Assembly: GCA_016934135.1 (NCBI GenBank)
Contig: JAFGTK010000197.1
Location: forward strand, 1 to 32,662
Length of the DNA stretch: 32,662 nt
DNA from: Deltaproteobacteria bacterium
GTDB taxonomy: Bacteria > Desulfobacterota > Desulfomonilia > UBA1062
Reading direction: 5' to 3'
The notes under the pieces are model-generated. The model had not been told where the DNA came from. It did no database searches and saw nothing but the letters and a program-made list of their open reading frames with translations. The stretch's first letter is position 1, and each line of letters opens with the position of its first letter. A program made the position numbers and the translations under genes. This document shows, piece after piece, positions 7,619 to 16,780 of the stretch.

Positions 7619-10243
7619 CTAGTTTCCCCCGAATCGGTTCTTGAGTTTGTTGAACTCGGCTACATCATTGTTGACATCCAGTTCCTTCAGATAAGTAGAT
7701 GCTGTGTTCAGAAGTATGCTGTCCGTACTGTCCCGAATCACATCAGCGAGGATATCCCGTGCCTCGGTGTGTTTCTCAAGGGAATGAGCTATGGTTGCAA
7801 GGTGGTACAATGCCCAGTTTTTATACGCAGACTGGGGATAGGTTTCGATCACTTCATGCAAAAGCTCACTGGCCCGGTCAAGTTCATTCAGGGCGATGAG
7901 CTGCCTTGCCCTTGTATAGAGAGCCTGCGCAATAACAGGAGAGTTCATCTTTTTTCTCAGGTCAATGATTCTCTCAAGAGCACGGACCTCATCAGGCGTC
8001 TGGTTGAGCCTCCTGTAGATGTCGGCCAGCATGGACAATGAGGAAAGGGCCTTTTCATCTCCCCTGTCTGCAAGAGGTTCCAGAAATACGACAGCTTCTT
8101 CGAGATCATTTATGAAAAACAGGAGCTCGCCTCTTGTATCCTTCATGGTTTGGGCATCCATACCCTGGGGATAGTCCTTCAGATAAAGGGAATTCCACTT
8201 GAGTGCCAAAGGGTATTCTCCCTGCTGATAATCCATGGTGAACAGGATTGTTATTGCCGGAGCTCTCCTGCTGGCAGCTTTTTTTATGCACTCTGCAAGC
8301 ATCGTTCTTGCCAGATCAGTGTTTCCGAGACGGTACATGGTGTCTCCCAGAATGAATAGGGAATCACTGTCATCGATATCACTCATGAAGCTTGTTTCAT
8401 ATTCGGTAAAAAGATCATAAATGGATTCCAGATCTTCTTTCTGGTAGAGTATTTTCAATCTGGACAGAATGGTCTTTTCTGCTTCAGCCTGGGCATACAG
8501 ATGGATAGGATCGGTCTGTTTCGTATCCATCCATGCGCGATGGTATGCCTTTAATGCATTTTCCCAATCCCCTTTTATTGAATATGTCTGAGCAATTCTG
8601 ACCTTGACCAGAGAGCCCAGCGGTCCTTCCTGGTATTCTTCGGATGACTTCATAGTTTCGTAGATGTCCATGATTTCATAGAAGGTTTTGTCAGACAGTG
8701 TTCCGGACTTTTCGAGATCCTGTTCAAGAAGTATCCGTGCGGTCCTGAGCCTTGCAATGATCCCTGTGTCACTTCTCGGAGTTATGCTTTCAACCTCGGA
8801 AAATACAGTCATGGCTTTTTCCTTCTGCCCCAGATGGTACAGGCAGTCCCCTAAATGCAGAAGATCGGCTGGCTTGTTTTCGGGGTTGCCCAGATTTATT
8901 GCAAGCAGTGTATATTCCTTTGACTTGTTAAAATCATTGAGATTGAACGAGGCCTGGGCAATGCGTGAATAGAGTTCAGGATCATAGCGGAATAATGTCG
9001 GATCCTTGCGGATGGATTCCTGGTAAAATCCCAGTGCCTTGGTGTATGCATTGAGGCCGAGATAGGTATCTGCAATAACCGAGAGATAGTATCCTTTAAT
9101 TTCATCTGGTGCCGAATTTACAGTAAAGGTCTTTTCCATTCGTCTGTTTTCTACAAACGCATCCTGGAACAGACCCTTTTTGTTCATCATGTCAATTTCT
9201 TGAATATTTGCCTCCATAGCGATTGCTGTTGAGGTGGAATTTTTAAGGAAACGGATGTAATTCGTGGCTTCGTTGAGCATGTTTGAGCGCAGCAGCATAC
9301 GGGAATATTCAAGCATGATCTGTTCTCTCTCAATCCCCGGCGACATGGCCTGTATCCCATCGCTCATACATTTCAGGGACTCTATGGAGAATTTCTCCAT
9401 GCGGTATGGATAAGATACCTTCCAGTATGCTCTTCCAAGAAGGATATTCTCTTTTGCATCAAGGGTATCCTTGTACCGGTCCAGGGTATGGATGGTGGCT
9501 GCGACGTCTCCGTTTTCAAATGCATTTTTTGCTATTGCATAGAGTTTTGACCGGTTCAGTTGTATAGAGGTGATAATCTCCAGGATGATCTTGTTGTTTA
9601 TCTCATCAGGTTTTATATCCATTGATGCGCTTTCATCAATAACCGAGAATATCAGTCCTGCGCCGTCTTGTGTCTTTAATAACCCGGAGTATTCGATATA
9701 GGGGACCCTGGTAAGCGGCTTTTCTATGTCCATGCAATGGATATTATGGTTAAAAAAGAGATACGCACGTTTGTTTTCGAAACTGCGTATCTCCGGCCAT
9801 GTCTCGGGATTCATGCAGAGAGTCACAGTAATGCCGTTATCATGAGGGCTGGTCTCTATATGCTCAATAGGACACACGTATTCCGATACCACCTTTTCGG
9901 CCGAGATATCAACGATGAAGCGTGGGGGCCTGTCCATGGAGGTGGTAGTATAGATGAATGGTTTTTTCATGAATATCTGTGCGGTTCTTCCGTCAAAAGT
10001 TAGTTCACGGATTATAAAGGTGTCTGATACTGTTGCAGGCGGCCCTATTATGTCGGGAAAATTGACGATCAGTGTCTGATCCTTCTGCGTCAATACCGGT
10101 GCCACCGGTCTGTCCAGTTCAAAGACAAGCCGTGCCCTCTCAGGTGCCCCTCCTACCTGGAGAGTATCTGCCCAGGCCTTTCCGGCAAAGATACAGTACA
10201 CAGTCGCCGCAAGCAGACAGAGTGTGTATATCCATATTCTCAT
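7619..10243 (-). CDS. Secreted multidomain protein: signal peptide, AMIN-like domain, then a long TPR/helical-repeat region
   Basis: MRIWIYTLCLLAATVYCIFAGKAWA|D looks like a Sec signal peptide. AMIN-like strands are present (RLVFELDRPV ... TLIVNFPD ... PRFIVDI). About 700 aa of TPR-like repeats follow (many A/Y/L-rich 34-aa helical pairs). The stop is 6 nt before the downstream activator ATG. The start is uncertain: the ORF is open to the GTG at 10306 and there is an ATG at 10294, and none of the candidates has a good Shine-Dalgarno. Confidence 0.8.
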   Translation of the reverse strand: MRIWIYTLCLLAATVYCIFAGKAWADTLQVGGAPERARLVFELDRPVAPVLTQKDQTLIVNFPDIIGPPATVSDTFIIRELTFDGRTAQIFMKKPFIYTTTSMDRPPRFIVDISAEKVVSEYVCPIEHIETSPHDNGITVTLCMNPETWPEIRSFENKRAYLFFNHNIHCMDIEKPLTRVPYIEYSGLLKTQDGAGLIFSVIDESASMDIKPDEINNKIILEIITSIQLNRSKLYAIAKNAFENGDVAATIHTLDRYKDTLDAKENILLGRAYWKVSYPYRMEKFSIESLKCMSDGIQAMSPGIEREQIMLEYSRMLLRSNMLNEATNYIRFLKNSTSTAIAMEANIQEIDMMNKKGLFQDAFVENRRMEKTFTVNSAPDEIKGYYLSVIADTYLGLNAYTKALGFYQESIRKDPTLFRYDPELYSRIAQASFNLNDFNKSKEYTLLAINLGNPENKPADLLHLGDCLYHLGQKEKAMTVFSEVESITPRSDTGIIARLRTARILLEQDLEKSGTLSDKTFYEIMDIYETMKSSEEYQEGPLGSLVKVRIAQTYSIKGDWENALKAYHRAWMDTKQTDPIHLYAQAEAEKTILSRLKILYQKEDLESIYDLFTEYETSFMSDIDDSDSLFILGDTMYRLGNTDLARTMLAECIKKAASRRAPAITILFTMDYQQGEYPLALKWNSLYLKDYPQGMDAQTMKDTRGELLFFINDLEEAVVFLEPLADRGDEKALSSLSMLADIYRRLNQTPDEVRALERIIDLRKKMNSPVIAQALYTRARQLIALNELDRASELLHEVIETYPQSAYKNWALYHLATIAHSLEKHTEARDILADVIRDSTDSILLNTASTYLKELDVNNDVAEFNKLKNRFGGN

Positions 10244-10429
10244 GATCTTTTGTGCACGAAATTTATTCACCACAAGATAGAATACAACTTCCATGCCATA
10301 CAGCACATAAGTAATTATGATATGGTGAATATCAAGATGAATACTGTAGCTGAATCATAGTTTCCAGTGTGAAATATTGAAGGGCAATATCCTGTACTAT
10401 ACACGGGATGCACGGATCGGGATTAAGGC

Positions 10430-11833
10430 CTATCCGAGATTGACTTCTGTAGGTTTTTGAAGCTTCTGTTTCTTGATCTTCTCCACAAGGGTGGTTCGAT
10501 TTACATGAAGAAGTTTTGCAGCCCGGTTCTTTACCCAGTTGCTCTTGTTCAGTGCCTGGATAATGATGCTTTTCTCAAATTCATTCACTGCGGTTGAAAG
10601 ATCAATGCCACTTTCCGGAAGGTCAATCTGCGGTATATCTGAATCGACAGTAGCGGCACCTGAAAGAACCTTGTCCGGCAGATCGCTCAGTTCAACCTCA
10701 TTGCCGTCGCACAATACCACCATGCGCTCCACAATGTTTTCGAGTTCCCTTACATTGCCCGGCCACCGGTACTGCATGAGAACCGACATCGCCTTCTTGC
10801 TGAAGGCCTTGACCGAGGTCGGTTTGTCAGAGCCGTATTTCCCCAGGAAGTGCTTTATCAGCAACGGGATGTCTTCTTTCCTCTCTCTCAGAGGGGGAAG
10901 GGTTATCGGTATCACATTGAGCCGGTAGTAGAGATCTTCCCGGAATCTTCCCTGTACTACTTCCTCTTCCAGGTTTCTGTTTGTTGCAGCGATGATCCGC
11001 ACGTCCGCTTTCATGGATTTTACGCCGCCGACCCGTTCGAACTCTCTTTCCTGAATTACGCGAAGGAGTTTGACCTGGAGGTTGGGGCTCATCTCGGACA
11101 CCTCATCCAGCAGGATGCTTCCCTGGTTTGCCAGTTCAAAGCGCCCGATACGCGTCCTGAAAGCTCCGGTGAATGCCCCTTTTTCATGTCCGAAGAGTTC
11201 GCTTTCCAGCAATTCTTCGGGTATTGCCCCGCAATTGACCGGAACAAAAGGATTCTGGGAGCGGGGAGAGTTATAGTGCAGTGCGCGGGCTACGAGCTCT
11301 TTTCCAGTGCCTGATTCCCCGAGTATCAAAACTGTGGAGTCTGTTGATGCAACCTTGTCGATCATGCCGAAGACGCGCTGCATCTTATCGGAAGTCCCTA
11401 TTATATTTTCAAACTTGTAACGTGCCTTGAGCTGCTGCTTGAGATAGGTGTTCTCTTCCTGCAACGCTAGGTGATCAAGCGCCTTTTTTACAACAACTTT
11501 GATCTCTTCGGCCTTGAAGGGTTTTGTGATGTAGTCGAATGCACCCAGTCTCATTGCATCCACTGCGGTCTTCACCGAACCATAGCCGGTATAGATGATC
11601 CCGATGCAGTTAAGCCTGTTTTCTACAAGGTGGCGTATAACCTCCAGCCCGTCCAGTTCAGGCATCTGAAGATCTGTGAGCACGACATGGAAAACTTCCT
11701 GGGAAAGTTTTGATATGGCATCCTTGCCGTTTATTGCGCTTGTTACGTTATAGTCTTCTTCTGTGAGAATCTCGGAAAGATATTCCCTGTTTTGTATCTC
11801 GTCATCAACGATTAAAATATTCTGGCTACCCAT
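10430..11833 (-). CDS. Sigma-54-dependent response regulator (NtrC/FlrC/FleR class) with a canonical receiver domain
   Basis: The receiver has [24 protein letters not shown] and ITKPF. The AAA+ core has GESGTGKE and GAFTGA ([12 protein letters not shown]). A C-terminal HTH is present. I chose the ATG at 11833 because the track start at 11866 lies inside the predicted promoter. Confidence 0.9.
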   Translation of the reverse strand: MGSQNILIVDDEIQNREYLSEILTEEDYNVTSAINGKDAISKLSQEVFHVVLTDLQMPELDGLEVIRHLVENRLNCIGIIYTGYGSVKTAVDAMRLGAFDYITKPFKAEEIKVVVKKALDHLALQEENTYLKQQLKARYKFENIIGTSDKMQRVFGMIDKVASTDSTVLILGESGTGKELVARALHYNSPRSQNPFVPVNCGAIPEELLESELFGHEKGAFTGAFRTRIGRFELANQGSILLDEVSEMSPNLQVKLLRVIQEREFERVGGVKSMKADVRIIAATNRNLEEEVVQGRFREDLYYRLNVIPITLPPLRERKEDIPLLIKHFLGKYGSDKPTSVKAFSKKAMSVLMQYRWPGNVRELENIVERMVVLCDGNEVELSDLPDKVLSGAATVDSDIPQIDLPESGIDLSTAVNEFEKSIIIQALNKSNWVKNRAAKLLHVNRTTLVEKIKKQKLQKPTEVNLG

Positions 11834-11854
11834 ATAGATCCTGTCTTGAAATGT

Positions 11855-11883
11855 ATTATAACGCAAAATTATACATGCGTCAA
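11855..11883 (-). promoter_or_regulatory. Near-consensus sigma-70 promoter for the response-regulator gene
   Basis: The minus strand reads TTGACG-N17-TATAAT (-35 at 11883-11878, -10 at 11860-11855), about 22 nt upstream of the ATG at 11833 with AGGA in between. Confidence 0.5.
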
Positions 11884-11932
11884 TATCTAGACGCCTTTAC
11901 GCTATAATAATGGGAATTTTAGGATAAAGGTG

Positions 11933-12214
11933 TTATGGCTTTTCGTTGACTCGATCCCTCATATCTTTTCCAGACTTAAAGAAGGGGAGCACCTTGGCAT
12001 TCACCTTGATCTTCTCACCACTCTTGGGGTTTCTTCCGACATAAGGCTTATAGTCCCTCATAACAAAACTTCCAAAACCACGAATTTCAACACGACGGCT
12101 TTTTTTCATTGCATTTACCATGGAGGTCAGGATGGTGTTTACCATGGATTCTGCCTTCTTGGGATGGAGAGCCATACGCATTGAGAGTTCTTCTATAAGT
12201 TCTGATTTGTTCAT
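11933..12214 (-). CDS. ihfB: Integration host factor beta subunit (HU/IHF family)
   Basis: MNKSELIEEL..., VEIRGFGSF, GRNPKSGEKI and PFFKSGKDMRDRVN closely parallel E. coli IHF-beta. The ATG at 12214 has AGGAGG upstream. The track start at 12274 is an extension. Confidence 0.82.
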   Translation of the reverse strand: MNKSELIEELSMRMALHPKKAESMVNTILTSMVNAMKKSRRVEIRGFGSFVMRDYKPYVGRNPKSGEKIKVNAKVLPFFKSGKDMRDRVNEKP

Positions 12215-12246
12215 ATGTCCCCTCCTATTTTGAGTATACACATCTA

Positions 12247-12274
12247 AATATAGGGGGTTGTAGCAGTATGTCAA
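12247..12274 (-). promoter_or_regulatory. Sigma-70-type promoter for ihfB
   Basis: The minus strand reads TTGACA-N16-TATATT. The -35 element overlaps the stop codon of the upstream pseudouridine synthase gene. Confidence 0.45.
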
Positions 12275-13068
12275 GGTTTTTTATGAATTTTTAACATCTT
12301 ATGAAGATTTGATACCTCGGAAGGGGTCAGAGAGCGAACATCCCCTGGTAAAATGCCGTCTATTCTGACAGGGCCCACGGATATTCTTTTTATGGAGAGT
12401 ACTTCAAGTCCGACTGCAAGCGCCATACGTTTGATCTGATTCTTCAGTCCCTGCCTCAGAGTGATCTTCAGTGTCGTCCCCTTGCTGTTTGCCCTGATTT
12501 GCTCTACCTGAGCGGGTCTTGTTTTTTCCCCGTCAAGATATACGCCGGAGGCCATTTCCTGGATCTGTTCGGATTTTGCACAGGGCTTTACCTCAACGGT
12601 ATATACCTTTGGGACAGCGTACGACGGGTGATGAATTCCATGTGCCAAATCCCCGTCATTGGTCAGCAGGAGCAGACCTTCGGCGTCAAAATCAAGTCTT
12701 CCTATGGGAAATACACCTGCATATTGTGAAGGAATAATGTCCTTGATGCATGGTCGTCCCAACGGGTCATACATAGAGGTGAGCATGAACTGCGGCTTGT
12801 TCATGGCAAGGTAAAGTATTTTCTGGCTCGACACGATCTTTCCGTCAATACTCACTTCATCTATTTGCGGATCTACGGTATCGCCAAGTTGCGCTGTCTT
12901 CGAGTTTATGGCAACGCGCCCTGATTGTACGAGTTCATCTGCCCTGCGTCTTGAGATCGCCCCGGTAGAGGCGATGAATTTGTTTATGCGGATCGTTGTC
13001 ATAAAGGTGGTATACTTAAAAACCGGGTTTTTGTCCATTGGACTGGCTGAATATGAATACAGGAGCAA
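12271..13068 (-). CDS. Pseudouridine synthase, RsuA/RluB family (S4 domain plus catalytic domain)
   Basis: S4 RNA-binding N-terminus (IRINKFIASTGAISRRRADELVQSGRVAINSK) and the catalytic-Asp motif GRLDFDAEGLLLLTNDGDLAH. The true start is probably the ATG at 13002 (MTTIRINKF) or at 13038. Confidence 0.85.
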   Translation of the reverse strand: MLLYSYSASPMDKNPVFKYTTFMTTIRINKFIASTGAISRRRADELVQSGRVAINSKTAQLGDTVDPQIDEVSIDGKIVSSQKILYLAMNKPQFMLTSMYDPLGRPCIKDIIPSQYAGVFPIGRLDFDAEGLLLLTNDGDLAHGIHHPSYAVPKVYTVEVKPCAKSEQIQEMASGVYLDGEKTRPAQVEQIRANSKGTTLKITLRQGLKNQIKRMALAVGLEVLSIKRISVGPVRIDGILPGDVRSLTPSEVSNLHKMLKIHKKP

Positions 13069-13138
13069 TGCTTCTGTTCGCGGCGAAGAACATGCACTGT
13101 ATCATCAGCATATATTCTTGGGGGTAGAAAGCTGTCAG

Positions 13139-13618
13139 TTATCTGCGGCTTAAAGCCTTCCTGCAGATCTCGCAGGATTCCCGGCAGTAGGGTTGCATAT
13201 AGTTATACACAATATAGTTTATATCATTGTTCATACCATATCTTTCCACGCAGGTCCGGCATATCAGCCTGCCGATATCGTCGAGGTATCCGATAATAGT
13301 ATGGTCCTGGTCATCAACCATGGATGTGTGTGATTTGTATTCGCTGATGATGCCGAATGAGCCGCACTCTGAACATACATACCCCTTTTGGGCGTTCCAG
13401 AAGGTTGCCCTGCACTTGATGTTCGGGCAATAATAACTTTCAACCCGCTTTCGATAACGCTCGAAGATTGCGTGTATTGCATCCATATAGAGGTCTTTTC
13501 TCAACCCGGTCTGTTTGTTATTGTGAAGTAATATATGATCATTTCCTCCGGTATCCGTATTCTTGGAGATTGATTGGTCGTCTTTGGGTTTTTCTTTCAG
13601 CGTGAAGCTCTTTTTCAT
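13139..13618 (-). CDS. Hypothetical Cys-rich protein with two predicted zinc-ribbon-like modules
   Basis: CPNIKC-x13-CSEC and CRTC-x21-CRESCEIC, preceded by a Lys/Asp-rich low-complexity N-terminus. The ATG at 13618 has AAGGA 7 nt upstream. I recognise no family. Confidence 0.6.
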   Translation of the reverse strand: MKKSFTLKEKPKDDQSISKNTDTGGNDHILLHNNKQTGLRKDLYMDAIHAIFERYRKRVESYYCPNIKCRATFWNAQKGYVCSECGSFGIISEYKSHTSMVDDQDHTIIGYLDDIGRLICRTCVERYGMNNDINYIVYNYMQPYCRESCEICRKALSRR

Positions 13619-13713
13619 CTGATCATCCTTTTTCCCTATGAATATCAAGGGAATTCTTTAACATAATGAATAAGGCCTTATGTGCCGCTTTTCAATGCCT
13701 TGGCATTAAATAG

Positions 13714-14991
13714 TTATAAAACATCCTGAAGACGCTTTATTGCGCAGAATTCTCCGCACATGGTGCATACATTGTCTTTGCCGATCTCACTTGAATCTCG
13801 AATCACCTGAGCTTTTTCACTGTGCAGACTCAGATTGATCTGGCCATGCCAGTCGAGATCCTTTCTTGCCCTGGCCATCTCCAGGTCCCTGGCCCTTGCA
13901 TAGTTCATACCCTTTGCAAGATCAGCGGCATGTGCTGCGATCTTCGATGCGATCACCCCTTCAATTACCTGATCGATTGTGGGAAGACGCAGGTGTTCTG
14001 CAGGGGTGACATAGCAGAGAAAATCCGCGCCGAAGTATGCTGCGAGGGCTCCGCCTATAGCGCCTGCTATGTGATCGTATCCAGTAGCGCAATCCGTTAC
14101 CAGTGGGCCGAGCACATAAAAAGGAGCCCCATTGCACAGCGATTTTTCCAGACGGATGTTTTCTTCGATCATGTTGAGCGGCACATGCCCGGGACCCTCG
14201 ATTATGACCTGAACACCCTTGTCCCATGCCCGGCATGCAAGTTCTCCCAGGGTGACGAGTTCGGTTATCTGTGCCCTGTCTGTTGCATCTGCTACAGCCC
14301 CGGGCCGCATGCCGTCTCCCAGTGAGATGGTCACGTCATACTCGGCGAGGATATCGAGGATCTCGTCGTAATATTCATACAGGGGAGACTGTCTGCCATG
14401 TTTTTTTATCCAGGAGATCAGAAAAGAACCGCCTCTGCTTACGACATCGAGAACCCTGCCCTGTGATACAAGGGCATCGAGGGCCTGCGTTGTTACCCCG
14501 GCATGGATTGTCACGAAATCAACACCTTCTTCTGCCTGATTCTCTACTGTGGCGAGAAAATCCTTTATGGTCATGTCGGTGATATCCCTTTTCTGCCGTG
14601 AAAGTTCAAAGGCGGTCTGATACAGTGGGACGGTGCCAACGGCAACATCGGATTCCTTCAATATCTCACGCCGTATGGATATGATTTCGGAGCCGAGAGA
14701 GAGGTCCATGATGGTATCTGCTCCGTGTCTGGCAGCTGCATGGGCCTTTTGTATCTCCTCATCCCCGTCCATGTGGTACGGGGATGAGCCGATGTTTGCA
14801 TTTATTTTCGTTCGCAGACCCTTTCCGATGCCACGGATATGAGGGAAAGATCTTTTCCTGTTTTTCGGTATTACTATGGTGCCTTCGGCAATCCCGTCTG
14901 CGATGAATTCGGCCGGCACATCCTCATATTCAGCCACCTGTCTCATTTCCCGGGTAATAATTCCTCGCCCGGCCTGTTTTTTTATCGTCAT
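13714..14991 (-). CDS. thiC: Phosphomethylpyrimidine synthase ThiC (short form)
   Basis: 425 aa, collinear with ThiC, with the C-terminal CX2CX4C cluster motif CTMCGEFCA. ATGA overlap with thiE. Confidence 0.95.
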   Translation of the reverse strand: MTIKKQAGRGIITREMRQVAEYEDVPAEFIADGIAEGTIVIPKNRKRSFPHIRGIGKGLRTKINANIGSSPYHMDGDEEIQKAHAAARHGADTIMDLSLGSEIISIRREILKESDVAVGTVPLYQTAFELSRQKRDITDMTIKDFLATVENQAEEGVDFVTIHAGVTTQALDALVSQGRVLDVVSRGGSFLISWIKKHGRQSPLYEYYDEILDILAEYDVTISLGDGMRPGAVADATDRAQITELVTLGELACRAWDKGVQVIIEGPGHVPLNMIEENIRLEKSLCNGAPFYVLGPLVTDCATGYDHIAGAIGGALAAYFGADFLCYVTPAEHLRLPTIDQVIEGVIASKIAAHAADLAKGMNYARARDLEMARARKDLDWHGQINLSLHSEKAQVIRDSSEIGKDNVCTMCGEFCAIKRLQDVL

Positions 14992-16010
14992 AATATCTCC
15001 ACACTCCTTTTATGCAGTGCTGTCATGGTCTGAAAGGGGTCTTTTGCCGATGCTACCGCATTGATAACAGCTATGTTGTTGCAGGCAATCCCTGCCAGCA
15101 TACTGAGATTGTCCTGTGTGATCCCGCCTATGGCAACAACAGGCACCCTTGATCGGGATGAAACCTCATTAAGGGCCTCGATTCCCGTTACCGGGTCGCT
15201 CTGGGTTTTTGAGGTTGTCGGGAATACCGGACCGAAACCGATATAGTCTACCGGCATATCCTGTGCCTTTGCTGCCTGGTCGGCATTATGGGTGGACAGT
15301 CCTATGATCATTTCGTGTCCGAGGATCTTCCGCGCATGCAGGGCAGGGATATCCTGCCAGCCCAGATGAACACCGTCGGCCTGGACTGCAAGGGCTATGT
15401 CAGGCCGGTCATTCACGATGAAGAGCGTGCGGGTATTCGATGTGATATCTCTAATCTTGTGCGCACATTTGATGATCGTTGCTGGATTATCTCTCTTGTT
15501 TCTCAGCTGTATTGCCGGAAGACCGGCCGATACCGCCAGGCGGGCAAGCTCTTCGTATTCCATTGTCGCCTCGCTCAAGATGAGATAGAGGCCCCTACCA
15601 AGGATTCGTTTTGCATTACCCATTATCTTCTTTTCAAGTTCATAGAGAGAGTACCGGAACGTTTTCATTTCCAGCGCTATCTGAACCGAATCGAGCTTGA
15701 ATATCTCTTCAAGAACCCTCAGACCTTCCTGGGATCTCTTCATGTTCGACCTGATGATATCCTCAAGCGTGTTCCGCTCGTATTCAAGTACACCCTTCGA
15801 GGAAAACCCGACATCCGAGCAAGCGTCTCGATGTGCAATGCATTCCCTGTGATCAACAGCATTTGCGACTCGGTGGCGGAGGTCCTTGATCCCCTGCTGC
15901 AGGACGGGGTTGTCGTAGCAGTATCGAAAAATATCCTCTATCACACGCAGACCTTCGGTAACCCTGTTTATATTGGCATCGATGATCCGCAAATTCCCGG
16001 AGTCCTTCAT
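14988..16010 (-). CDS. thiE: Thiamine-phosphate synthase ThiE with an N-terminal extension of about 135 aa
   Basis: The C-terminal ~205 aa is a TIM-barrel ThiE (GVHLG, IGLSTH, GFGPVFPTTSK, VVAIGGI). The N-terminal helical domain (NLRIIDANINRVTEGLRVIEDIFRY...) is extra. ATGA overlaps on both sides. Confidence 0.9.
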   Translation of the reverse strand: MKDSGNLRIIDANINRVTEGLRVIEDIFRYCYDNPVLQQGIKDLRHRVANAVDHRECIAHRDACSDVGFSSKGVLEYERNTLEDIIRSNMKRSQEGLRVLEEIFKLDSVQIALEMKTFRYSLYELEKKIMGNAKRILGRGLYLILSEATMEYEELARLAVSAGLPAIQLRNKRDNPATIIKCAHKIRDITSNTRTLFIVNDRPDIALAVQADGVHLGWQDIPALHARKILGHEMIIGLSTHNADQAAKAQDMPVDYIGFGPVFPTTSKTQSDPVTGIEALNEVSSRSRVPVVAIGGITQDNLSMLAGIACNNIAVINAVASAKDPFQTMTALHKRSVEIL

Positions 16011-16780
16011 GAGAGCTTTCCGATGATCTCATGGGCCGCCTTTTTCCCGGAAAGAAACATGCCGCCGAAGACCGCACCCATCCGGTAACCCCCGTATACA
16101 GCATTAGCAGCCATCCCCGAGACAAACAGCCCCGGATATACCTCGCGGGTATTTTCCACTGTATGCCTTTCCCCGAGATTCGCATCCATGGATCTCTCCC
16201 CCATGATCGAGCCTGTAGGTGTACCCAGTTTCACGCCCATTTTCCTCACCAGAGCCTGGGTTATATTGGCGGGATGCCCCGTTGCATCGAGGACAAAGGA
16301 ACTGTGAAGCGTCAGAGGGTCGACATGGAGCCCTGTCATCTCCACGGTTGACCAGTTTATGACCAGCCCGCACACACGGTCTGACTTATAGACGATATCC
16401 TCGACATTGATGAGATTGAAGATCCTCAGCCCTGCCCGTATGGAGGTATACACAAGACTTGCCGCGGCATCGACGGAATCCAGGGTATAATAGCCCTTTG
16501 TGAAAGGTTTTGCCGGGATGCCGAGTTCATCCAGGACTTCCTTGCCCTCGTCCTGAACAACGATCTCATTGAACATCATGCCTCCTCCCCATATGCCGCC
16601 GCCGATCGACAGCTTCTTGTCAAAAAGCGCAACCTTCTTGCCGGCATGAGCCAGGTAGTAACCTGCGACAAGCCCTGAAGGGCCGGCGCCTGCAATTGCG
16701 ACATCGAGTTCAAGAACATCCATTAGTTTGTTCATATAAGTCGTTATGATAGCCTGGCTTATGGTAACCTCGTTCAACAT
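16007..16780 (-). CDS. thi4: Thi4-family thiazole synthase (ADP-thiazole synthase type)
   Basis: Dinucleotide-binding motif DVAIAGAGPSGL, DATGH and a Thi4-like length. The ATG at 16780 has AAGGAG 5 nt upstream. The track start at 16795 is 5 codons longer. Confidence 0.9.
   Translation of the reverse strand: MLNEVTISQAIITTYMNKLMDVLELDVAIAGAGPSGLVAGYYLAHAGKKVALFDKKLSIGGGIWGGGMMFNEIVVQDEGKEVLDELGIPAKPFTKGYYTLDSVDAAASLVYTSIRAGLRIFNLINVEDIVYKSDRVCGLVINWSTVEMTGLHVDPLTLHSSFVLDATGHPANITQALVRKMGVKLGTPTGSIMGERSMDANLGERHTVENTREVYPGLFVSGMAANAVYGGYRMGAVFGGMFLSGKKAAHEIIGKLS

Noticed and set aside
10351-10367. A sigma-54-like TGGAAA-N-..TTCA element upstream of the AMIN+TPR gene.
   Set aside because: The essential -12 GC dinucleotide is TC at the required spacing, so it fails the core consensus.
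13694-13707. The palindrome AATGCC-TT-GGCATT just after the thiC stop, considered as a possible terminator.
   Set aside because: The loop is too small for the full stem and no U tract follows on the minus strand.
15288-16088. A 266-aa ORF on the plus strand, antisense to thiE/thi4. There are similar long antisense ORFs at 30556-31347, 30053-30652, 26082-26519, 10850-11314, 13822-14325 and 1182-1840.
   Set aside because: Each lies fully inside a confidently identified gene on the other strand. They have no Shine-Dalgarno or recognisable motifs, and their compositions are skewed and low-complexity (Arg/Ser/Cys/Pro-rich), as expected of the mirror frames of real genes.
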